Of a DNA stretch of 64,000 bases, positions 1 to 10,432 are shown piece by piece. A model generated the notes under the pieces. The model saw only the letters and a program-made list of their open reading frames with translations. It had not been told where the DNA came from and ran no database searches. The stretch is from Octopus sinensis. Its lineage: Eukaryota. The translations under genes were made by a program, and so were the position numbers. Position 1 is the stretch's first letter; each line of letters begins with the position of its first letter. The stretch spans positions 78,244,001 through 78,308,000 of the forward strand of contig NC_043003.1 of assembly GCF_006345805.1 (NCBI RefSeq), given 5' to 3'.

Positions 1-56
1 GCCATTTTAAGCACAACTAAAAAACAAACCTGAGCAATGCTGGGCTATACTGCTAG
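1..56 (+). mobile_element. 3' end of a non-autonomous Helitron
   Basis: cctgagcaatgctggg hairpin followed by ctgCTAG|t, the same terminus as the copies ending at 7842 and 16768. Confidence 0.7.
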
Positions 57-169
57 TTTTTACATAAAAAGATGATTTAAAAACGAAATAATTTAATCTG
101 CATATTAATGTAACATCTTATTTTTATATATAGAAAGTAGCTGTACTGTAACAAGCTTTATCAACTCAC

Positions 170-362
170 CTTAATGATCTACTTAGTTTTTCATAATTCA
201 TGTTGTTGTTGTTTTTAGTGAGACCCCAAAGTTTTGCAAACTTTTCTGGATCAATAAATTGGAATGTACCAGATTTTTCATTCTCCCATCGAAGGATTTT
301 GGGATTAAACAATGAATGTTTAAGGGCTGCGTAAATGAAGGCATACAGTGGCAACAATGACA
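170..362 (-). CDS. ETS DNA-binding-domain exon of an ESE-class (ELF3/ELF5/EHF-like) transcription factor; gene continues beyond window start
   Basis: Translation LYAFIYAALKH...ILRWENEKSGTFQFIDPEKFAKLWGLTKNNNNMNYEKLSRSLR fits the ETS pattern (W-E...G.F.F...A.LWG..KN...M.YEKLSR..R). Polypyrimidine ttttag acceptor at 364-363 (phase 1) and AG|gtgagt donor at 169. A phase-compatible alternative acceptor near 399 is possible. Confidence 0.9.
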
Positions 363-3235
363 CTAAAAATAAGAATTTAAAAAAAACAGAAAAATTACCT
401 TTAATAGATTTACATAAAGAAAGAATAAAAGATCTAGAACAGCCTTCATTTTCATTTAGAAAATCTTTAATTCATTTAAGTTTAGATTATTCAACAAATG
501 GTGAGTTGCAAGAATTGTTAGGGTATTGGATAAAATGCCTTATAGTATTTTATCTAGATCTCTGGACTCTGAGTTCAAATCCTACTGGAGTCAACTTTGC
601 CTTTCATTCTTAAGAGGTCATTTCAAAGCAAAGTGGCAATTCAGGTGGTGGATTGAACATCAGATCAGGTGCCTTGCAGTATTTGTTCTAGGTCTTTGAG
701 TACTGAATTCAAATCTTACTATGGGTTATTTGGTTGGTAGACAAATAACCTTGGATGCCTCTGATTTGAGAATATCTTGCTCCTTCCCACAAGTTTCAAA
801 AGCCTTGAAAATGTCATAGACATTGTCTTTCCTCTGGACTGTAACATTACACACACACACACACACACACACTATATAGGAAGGGCATCCAGCTGTAGAA
901 ACCATGGCAAAGCAGATGGTAGAACTTGGTGCAATCTTCTGTCTTGTCAGCTCCAACCCATGCCAGCATGGAAAATAGCTATTAAAGGCTTATATATAAC
1001 ACGTCCTTTTCTAAGATGGTTGAATGTAATTTGAGGGAAATGGGCTGGTCAAGTGACAATATAGAGGTTCTTTCATTTGGCTCTGGAAAGAATAGAGGCT
1101 CCCTTCATAACTACTCTCATTGGCTTGGGAAACTTAGCTGCACTCATTTGGAGAGAGAGGGAATCTCAGCAATGCAATAAACTTGAATAATGGGATGACT
1201 GAAGAAACTAAGTCTAAGACAAAATATTTTAACTATTTATCTATGTAACTCCTAAAATTTCAAGTTGAAGCTTTACAGGGATGACTATTCTTTTTGTTAC
1301 CCCAAATATAACATGAAAGTTAAAATCTTTTGTTGATGAAGGAATATTTGTTTTAAAAAATATCTCTCTTGTGAAATAAATCTGAGGGTTAAGCTGTGGG
1401 ATGACATCAGCAGCTGGGCGCGTTGACCGGAAGTTGGGGCAACTGGAAGGGGCAGCCGTGAGGCGTGCGCAGGGAGCAGTGATTTCGGCCTTTCGAACGA
1501 GGGTCGTCGACGTGTCAAGACGTGGGAAGACGTCGCTAAGGTTGGGTGAAGCAGCTGCTATCTTTAGTGTTCGGGTCGGGGCTGTGTCGAAGGATCCATT
1601 ACCACCGAAGGGTCTCCATCGGAATGAAGAGAAGGTAGGTGCCTTTATATTCGAATTGCTTCTCATTAAAATGGTCAAAAAATTTGGTTTTACTACAATC
1701 TTTCACTATCAGTTTCCTGAGTCCATGAGAGAGCTTCTATGTTTCTCGAGTCAGTTAAAGCACCAAGAGTCTCTATTCTTTTCTGAGCCAAGTGTGAGAG
1801 GCTTGTGGTTACTGAACCAAATGATAGAGATTTGTTTTTCAAGCCAATGAAAGAGCCTTTCTGTTTCTCTAGGTTCCCTGTACATAAAAACCTGGTAAGG
1901 TCATGACTAGAAGATATTTAATCATAGGTCTGTTGATCAGGGAAGACCTGGAACTAAAACAAAAAAAAAAACAAAAAAAAACAACTGTCAATTTCCACAT
2001 TTTTTTCTGAGCCAATATGGGAGCAACTATAAGGTTAGTTGATCTGCTAGAAATAGCAACCAAATTCCCTCACATAACATCCTACTATTTTAAAAAAGGA
2101 AATATTGGACAATGATGATGATGATGATGTAGTCACTCATGTATAAAAGAGGAGATAGTCAAGATTGGTATCCTGTTTACTCAATAGGGCTGCCTTACAT
2201 CTATCTACATAACTTTTCTAAAACTTGTCAGCTATTTTAATGAAGATTTAGAATACAGTCCCAACTTTTGCTTCTCAGTATTTTCCCGACCCTCAGTATA
2301 GTTTCTGACATGCAGAGCCAATAAGGGATTTTCTCGGCAGTTTTCTTAACTAGTGGAAAATAGCAGCTAAATCATCCTCAAATCATACTACTATCTTAAG
2401 AAAAACAATGACACATTATTTTGTTTTTGCATTTGGTTTGCAAAATTCTTTATGTGAATTCGTGTGTTGAAGCATGTTTTATTGTCTGGGGAGAGCCATT
2501 CTCTTTTAGTGCCTTATTACTTAACACACTTACCAGTTCAATTTCCACTTGTTTACTTATTTGTTTTTTCTAAAATTTTCAGTGTGTCTTGACATTAGAT
2601 ATGACAAATTACATAGATCAAAAATGGTTGGAATGCCTTTGATCATAGGTTTGCTCAGTCAGGGTTGACCTTGGACTAAATAACAACAACCAGAAACTTG
2701 TTTGCCTATATTACACTTCAGTGGCCTCTTACCCTTGAGAACTTCAGTGAAAACAATGATTTTTCTCAGAGCATCAATAAAAACTTTCAGTCATGTTTCG
2801 AATGAAACTCTCCTGAATAACTTCAACTTTTCTTATTTCTGGTATCAGAAATTTCCTGTGCAATTTCTTCATCACAGCATATTCTGATAGGGATCTTTTT
2901 CAACTCTCTTTCCATCAACTTTGGTCGTGATTCCCTCACTCTTTCTTCAGTACATTGAGAACTGATGTAACTACCAAGGCAGAGAGAATAAAGTAGTACT
3001 AAAAATGAGCATGATTGAGATGTCTGTGATCACTTATCTGCTCAATCAGGACTGATCTGGACTTTGTGCAAGTCTAGTGTGTTTCTGGTACTTATTCCAT
3101 CAACAAACAAGGAATCAAAGACAAATCTATTCTGGTACTCTTTAAACTAACTACAGTGTATACTATAATGTAATTCACCTGAAATTATCATTTCAGTCAA
3201 AATTGTTTTAAGTAGAATATTGAAATAGAACTTAC

Positions 3236-3582
3236 TTGTACACAAATTTTCATTGAATAAATTAGAAAAAAAGCTATTAAATTTGTCTTCATTCTTGGAT
3301 GTGAAAGGACTTAGAGTATCTTTTGATGTGCCTGAATTTAGAGAAGTCACTTGATCAAACATTTTCTTCAACATGTTGTGTATCCAGTCTCCATAAATAA
3401 AATCTCTTTGTTGAAATTCTTTGGATGTCATCTTTTTTAACTGCTTTCCAGAGGTAATATCTTCAAAATTCTTAGATTCTAAAGTGATATCATACACTTT
3501 AGCTATATAGCTCATCCAGTTTTGAATATCATCTTTGTTCCAATATTTTGGAGGTTTCATGGACCAACCACAATACAGTTAT
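3236..3582 (-). CDS. Pointed (SAM_PNT) domain exon of the same ETS factor
   Basis: WSMKPPKYWNKDDIQNWMSYIA...SGKQLKKMTSKEFQQRDFIYGDWIHNML fits an ESE-type PNT domain (W-x4-P-x2-W...W...SG..L..MT.EEF). Acceptor ttccacag ends at 3583. Donor A|gtaagt at 3235 is phase 1, matching the ETS exon. The 5' junction frame problem is described in findings. Confidence 0.85.
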
Positions 3583-3699
3583 CTGTGGAATGAATTAAAG
3601 AGAAGATTGAATAATAAACTTGGCAGTATTAAATATAAGAAAAAAATTTTAAAGATACAATTATATAAAGTTTGTTTTGATATGGAGTGTCAGAAATGA

Positions 3700-3950
3700 C
3701 AAAACTAAATAAAAGAAAAAAAGAAAAGAAATTATTAGACACTACCAAAGGGAGAAATGTAAAATATTTTGAACATTTAATTAGGAAAAAATAAATGGTT
3801 TTACATAGACTCTTAATAGATGGAAAAACTAACGGGAAGAAAGGAAGAGGAAAACCAAGAAAAATACAGTTAGTGCAAAAGAGTAGCACAAAAATGATCA
3901 AGGTACAGCAATCAACTTACTGGTAGAAAACAATATTTGAACGATGCCGA
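3700..3950 (+). mobile_element. Degenerate RTE-type LINE 3' fragment
   Basis: Plus-strand reading FEHLIRKK*MVLHRLLIDGKTNGKKGRGKPRK resembles the RTE C-terminal motif GH..R...GkRgRGRPR. Boundaries approximate. Confidence 0.5.
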
Positions 3951-4971
3951 TGGTGGTACAAGTGGATGAAACAGGCCCTCTAAAGCCTCCACTGATCAGG
4001 GTTGACCATGCAATAGCTGAACTTGGAAAGTTTGTCCAAGGTACAATCTAGACAAGATTTTTATATGGAAGATCAGCAGTTGCCCATCAAACAGGCTCTT
4101 CCCTCTACTTAACTGATGTTATTCAAGGAAAAAGCAGGGCCAATACAACTTGGTATGAGTGTTGTTGCGTGTGAACTCAGAACATAACAAGCAGGGACAA
4201 ACACTTTGAGGTATTTTGTCTAATGATCCCATAATTTTTTACCAACCTGCCAAACTGGACTAATGATTTATTTTATTAACCTCAGAGGGATGAAAAACAT
4301 GTTGATTTTGATGGGATTTGAACTTAGAAGTGTAGGGAGTTGAAACAATATCTGCAAGATATTTTGTTCAATGCTCTAACAAGTCTGCCAATGCACCACC
4401 CCATAACTATATCCTGACCCCTGTCTTTTGGAGGCATTAGCTCTAAGCTAATGAAATGCTTGTTAATTATAAATGCTCCTACTGCTTTTAATGGTATCAC
4501 TTATCCCTTTTCCTCACTCTCAGATTAAGAGCAAAGCCAAATGTGTTATTCTTCGTGGCATTTGAAATTTCCACACACTCCGATTGATGACTGTTGTCCT
4601 TTATGCAGAACATCACCAAAGCCATCAGATTTCATATTTCACCCAATCAATTTAAAGTTTAGTAAACAGGACCATGCATGAGTTAAATATATTTTCATTG
4701 GGGTTTATGCTACAATACTAGGATATGAACTGTCTTTCTCTCTATTGACTAGTTTATCTGTGATTCTTCATGGAAGTTAAACTGATAAAGGAGAGAGGCT
4801 TGTGTTTAAATCTAATACAACTTGTCTGTAGATCAAACTGATCCTCATCTCTAAAATTTATCAATGTTTTATCCTTTTTTGGGAGATGATTAGAAGTGGC
4901 CAGTTAGAAAGAGTCCTTTTTCTATATCAATTTAGCACATATTTTCATTGTTAAAAGGATTTTAATGTCTG

Positions 4972-5085
4972 CAGTTCAGCACTCAGATTTTTACCATCTT
5001 CGCAAGGCACAGTTCAGCACTCAAATTTTTACCATCTTCGCAAGGCGCAGTTCAGCACTCAGATTTTCACCATCTTTGCAAGGCA
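4972..5085. repeat. Minisatellite, 3 x 38 bp
   Basis: cagttcagcactcagatttttaccatcttcgcaaggca unit starts at 4972, 5010 and 5048. Confidence 0.9.
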
Positions 5086-5634
5086 TCTCACATAACACTC
5101 TAACAGTTCTACCAATCTGCCAGTAAAGTGGCTGAGTCAAAGTGTTGGATAGAATGCCTGGCAGTATTTGCTCCAACTGAGTTCTGAGTTCAAATACTGC
5201 TGAAGTCAACTTTACCTTTCATCTTTCAAGGTTAATAAAAAGCATTAATAAGCGTTTCTCACATTTGCATGAGGTTGCAAATTTGGAGAGAAAGCTCACT
5301 TGATCAACCCCTAGTACTTTATGGTAAGTATTTTATTAATCCAAGTCATGTTCTGCATTTAGAATTTAAAGGGAAATCTATCATCCATAAGACATTTTAT
5401 CAATCACTACAATTTCTGCTACCCATTACTACTACTACTACTACTACTGATAATAATAATAATCCTTTCTACTGGAGGCACAAGGCCTCAGATTTGTGGG
5501 GAGGGGACTAGTCGATTACATCAACCCCAGTGTTTCACTGGTACTTAATTTAGTGACCCGGAAAGGATGAAAAGAAAGTCAATCTTAGTGGAATTTGAAC
5601 TCAGAACATGAAGTTAGACGAAATACTGCTAAAC

Positions 5635-5709
5635 ATTGTTACATGTAACAGACAATGTTACGTGTAACAGACAATGTTACACGTAACAGACAATGTTACG
5701 TGTAACATT
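5635..5709. repeat. Minisatellite of four palindromic TGTTAC-NN-GTAACA units (period ~19 bp)
   Basis: Directly visible repeated aatgttacgtgtaacagac. Confidence 0.85.
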
Positions 5710-5985
5710 GTTTGTTTTACCGTCCTTGTTTTTGTATACATTCGATGCTTTCTTCCAAGGAATTTATTGCTCTTAGCTTAGTTTTTCCTATGGGGCTGGC
5801 CAGATTGGAGCAATCTCAAGATTAATCAGCTGAAATTGCGAGGATGATCTGGTTCTTGACCGAGGATAGAAAGTTTTGAATGACCCGTCCTTATTTTTTC
5901 TTTTTTGTATAGTCTATCTGGATGTTTTATTGTCCTTTTTTGTATCACTTAGTTGTCCAGATGTTTTGCATTCTTGTCCCATTTT
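5710..5985. repeat. Unclassified interspersed repeat; inverted-orientation copies at ~19730-20070 and ~46880-47225
   Basis: Shared text cttagcttagtttttcct.ggggctggccagatt...aatgacccgtc...atctggatgttt in all three places. Confidence 0.7.
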
Positions 5986-6044
5986 ATATATATATATTAT
6001 ATATATATATATATATATAGCGGTGTACGTACACTTTGTTCTCA

Positions 6045-6079
<35 letters not shown>

Positions 6080-6138
6080 AAATAATATAAATAAAAAAAA
6101 TATATATATGCATATATACATACATATATGTACATACT

Positions 6139-6175
<37 letters not shown>

Positions 6176-7416
6176 GTACAGGATGTCACAAAACATAAAC
6201 AATATGGATTACAAAATACGAAAACATGAAATATGAAGGCAACCTAGGGTATGCAAAGAGCGAGAGAAACAAATGGAAAACAAGAAAAGTAACATAAAGA
6301 ACGACCCTTCATCAGTTGTCGGCTGTTTTATCTACACATTTCGAGCAATTCATGACAATATGTGTCTTCGAGAAACAGTTGCTCCCTCAAACCAAAATTA
6401 AATCTGGGATTTGTGGAGGGTCAAAGCTGGTAACAAAACAGGCCATACAACAAACCAAATTAAACGAAAACAAATAGGGTGGGCCATTAGGCCAGACAAG
6501 GTAAGGTGGCAAACACTGGAAGAATATTCTTTGATAAGAGAAAAGATAGGACAGGAGACAGATAAGAATTCCTAATAATACTTAATTATAAAAACAAGAT
6601 TTTTTAAAACATTGAATGGCTGGGAGTGGTCTTGTAGGAATCAAAGGGAGAAAAATGGTTGGGAATCACTGATGTAGAGGCTCCATCATTACTTTAATCA
6701 TTTTAGCTCCTTATTTTCATCAAAATATACGGCCTTTATTTCAATTAATTTTGAAAGCAATGAAGAATTTAGTAAAATAACTGTCATTATTAAGCTGATA
6801 AATTGAACATAGATTTACATGAAATTTTGGTGGACTGTTTTAATTTAGTTCACTTTAAAATAGGCAGTTTATAACATAAAACCAGAGTGACCTAAGATTT
6901 AAAGTAGGTTGGTACCAAAGAGGTTAATAGGGGTGAGTTAACTGCAATGGTAAAACCACGGAAAGAAATTATTACTTTTTCTTTTATCTTTTTCTAATGC
7001 TTTACTTCAAACCCAGCTAAAGTAAAATTCCTTTATTCTTTATGTCTCAAAATTAATAATAATGTTCATATATCATTGTCAATAATGACCAAAGACATCA
7101 CATCAGAGAAGAAGGATCACAGTGTGTCTGGCTGTGGTCGATCAGTCTGATGCATGCTCAGAATGCTCTGCGACAGGTCAGGCACTGGTGGTCTACTGGG
7201 AACTAAGGTAAGGTGTTGGCTCTAGACTTGCACAGCTCACATTTTCTTCATGCTCCTGTGATCCCTTTCTATCCATAGGAGGCAGCACCTCTGTTGGTGC
7301 AGCTATGCCTGGCAGGGAAGTCCTGAGTTTGCATGTCACAAGTAACAAAATAGAGAACCAGTAATGTAACAAAATCTTTTCACTAGGGTCATGGCTTTCT
7401 GACTTATTTAAAATAA

Positions 7417-7426
7417 TCAATATATA

Positions 7427-7466
<40 letters not shown>

Positions 7467-7842
7467 CTGAAGTTGTCTGTGTATGGCAGGTTTGGCAGCC
7501 CTCAACTAACACTATCTCTTCCGAGACCCTGTTGCGCAAGTTGACCAAAATTGAGAGTATGATAGAAGAAGGCTTGCTCTTCCTTCTGTAAAAAATTCAA
7601 ATCGGACCATGTTAACACCAAAAATTATTTACATCAAAAAGGTGCTTTTTTTCTATGAAAATCCCTATTTTTTACGATTTTTTGACTGCTGTGTCGCCAA
7701 TTTTTGGTGAATTTCAACCAGAAAAATATTCACTTAAAGAGAATAACAAGTAACATAATGCAAAATTTTTACTTTTCAAAAATTCCAATTCTAAAAGGTC
7801 GAAAAGAAAACAAGCCTGAGCAACGCTGGGCTATATTGCTAG
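7417..7842 (+). mobile_element. Non-autonomous Helitron
   Basis: A|TC start followed by a TA-rich leader. 3' hairpin gcctgagcaacgctgggc, then ttgCTAG|T. The 5' boundary lies next to a (TA)n run and is approximate. Confidence 0.75.
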
Positions 7843-7866
7843 TCAATATATAAAAGTAATTCTTAC

Positions 7867-8428
7867 CATCAGTGCAAGAGTGATTGTCTTCTGGAAGTGG
7901 AGAATCTGGAGAGTTTATTTTATAGTTTGATATCTGAAGTGGACAGGAGCTTGAAGGAGAACAGTTTCCGGATTGATCGCAATTATTTAGTTCAGATTCA
8001 ATAGATGGAATAAAGTCCTCAAAAGATGATACATGGAAAGAATTTCCACCTTCATTTATAGCCAATAGATTTCCACAACTGGGTTTTATAACAACATCAT
8101 TTAATTCAGATTTAATTTCCATTTGATCCTCCATTTTGACATCAGTAACAATATTTTTGCTGTTTATTTCTGGTAGGTCTTTTTGACCAAGCAAACTTAA
8201 CAATTTTAAATCCTTTGAATCATTATTTTGCTGTGATGTGCAATTACTGATATTGCCTATGCCATCAAAGTTGGGGTAAAACAATAAGTTATTGGTTTCC
8301 TGCAACAGGTTTAATAGATTTTCATGAAATGAACTGTCGTTATTTTCAGTTTCTATATCAAAATTCTTTTCTGTTCCTTTGTCTTGGTTCTCATATTCAG
8401 GTAAATCAAGTGAAGACACCTTTTCCAT
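7867..8428 (-). CDS. Probable first coding exon (acidic, Ser/Asn-rich N-terminus MEKVSSLDLPEY...NHSCTD) of the ETS factor
   Basis: 562-nt stop-free stretch in AT-rich DNA. ttacag acceptor ends at 8443, ATG in AACATGG context at 8428, and G|gtaaga donor at 7866. Same strand and upstream of the PNT exon. Confidence 0.65.
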
Positions 8429-8539
8429 GTTTGTCTTGGTTCCTGTAACATTAACATATTTAAATGACGACTTTAAGACTAAATAAATTATTGTAAAATT
8501 CTCTATAACGATTAATTGAGAAAAAGTGGCAAAAGTGAA

Positions 8540-8609
8540 GCTTTGATGGTTCAGTGGTAGAATGCTCGCTTGCCAAGTGGATAGTTTGGGTTTGATTCCA
8601 GTCGATGCA
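8540..8609 (+). pseudogene. tRNA-Gly(GCC) pseudogene
   Basis: GCTTTGATGGTTCAGTGGTAGAATGCTCGCTTGCCAAGTGGATAGTTTGGGTTTGATTCCAGTCGATGCA aligns end to end with canonical eukaryotic tRNA-Gly-GCC. It has acceptor, anticodon and T-stem mismatches and TTC->TTT in the T-loop. Confidence 0.8.
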
Positions 8610-10432
8610 TTGTTTACTTTCATTTTTCCAATGCAGTGCCCCAGTATGGGTGCAGTCTAATGACTGAAACAAGTAAAAGATTAAAAAAATAATTTTTCAT
8701 CTGGGGTTCCTTGCAAGTGTGTTCTACCTGACTACTTAATCTGCTAGAAACAGCAGCTAAATCTCTCGAAACACATCCTACTTAGTTTACCAGCCTGCAA
8801 GAAATAACACTCAAATCTCACTCCAATCATCCCCTACCATGTCAAAAAGGGACACGTTCGGTAATACATGCACTGCTTCATTAGAGATGGATTGGCCATA
8901 GCTGGGATGCCTTTAATCATAAGTCTGTTCATTTAGAATTCAGTTGGGGATTAAAGAAAAATCTCAAAAAAAAAAAAAGGAAGGGCATCCAGCTGTAAAA
9001 ACCATGCTAAAACAGAGAGTGAAGCCTGGTGCAGTCTTCTAGCTTGCCAGCTCCTATCAAGCTGTCCAATACATGCCATCATGGAAAAACAGATATTAAA
9101 AGATGATGATGAATGGGGAAATATTGTAAGTTATCCAGAATAATTTTCAAGATAAACCTGAAGAATTTCTACTTTTAGCCATTTTTTATAACTCATCTAA
9201 ATGTTGACTACAGTTGATTAGGTATGACATGAAATTATATTTGGAAGGTTTTGAGTTAAATAAATATCAAAACTCAGCTACATATATTTTCTCAATATGC
9301 CAGTCATCTTTGCAGTTCTTATTACTCAGTGTCTTATCATTTTATTACATAAATTTAAGTTATAAAAATTGTCCATATCAGTAGAAACTTTCAGTTGGTC
9401 AAGAAGAAATAATATCTTGTTGATTACTTTTTCTTAGATATGTAACAGAAAATTGACATCTAAAGCAAAATATATTTTTTACATACATAAATAAAAACAC
9501 ACACATACATACTGAAACATAAATATGAGGAATAAAATTAAAAACCTTTCATTTAGTGTCAACTAGTAACAAAAAAACCTTCTAACTGGGATTAATATGG
9601 AGACAATATTTGAGTTATAGAAATCTGCTAATGGCTGTTGCAAGATGTAACAGAAAATACTAAATAGACATATTAAAGAATAAAATAATAACTATGCCAG
9701 AGTATATTATAATTAGTCTTTGAAAAATAAATTAATTAAAAGATGATGTCAAATAGCTTACAAAAATTTAGCACTGTTAGATAGTTTCACACACCTTTTC
9801 AACATCACAATATATCAGATACAGATAAAACAAACCATTTGTAAATGTAAATCCTGCCTTCACTGTAATCTGTTGTTTAATTCAAAACATTGTTAACAAA
9901 AACAGCTGACTTCATCAAATGCAGTGATTGGTTGACTTAATCACTGCTCCTGATTAATTAGACATGAATGCATTTTATTTATAATCTAATAACTATTTTA
10001 TTAGCTCCTTATTATGGGTTCTCATTAAGTATCAGGACTCACTTTTTAGTAGGGTCAAATGTATTTTTCGCCCTTTTTTATTGGTACCTCAATAAATTGG
10101 TTAAACTACAAGAGTGTTAAGGTATATATTTCAGTACACTGGATATTTTTTAAAGCACTTAATATGTTTACACATATTTATAGTTAAAAAGAATACATAC
10201 ATATATAGATGGGAGTGTCTGTATGTGTGTATTATATATACACAAACACAAATATATATATATATATATATACATATATATCTTAGAAGTATTGGGGGTG
10301 ATGTACAGATTTAATACATATGAAAGAAAAAAGATGTTCAGAATGCTGGATGGTTGTAAAAATATATATTTATTTACATATCACATATCATTACTTCATA
10401 TTAGCGCTTTCAACTGCTCCTGTAGTTTCATC

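Noticed and set aside
363-398. Possible 36-nt intron with a small exon at ~399-465 before the ETS exon
   Set aside because: It is very short for a metazoan intron and is an in-frame T-rich tract, more simply read as the polypyrimidine tract. Cannot be resolved without RNA data.
7193-7420. 75-aa minus-strand ORF as a possible bridging ETS exon
   Set aside because: No convincing splice sites, and no bridging exon could bypass the in-frame TAA at 3581-3579.
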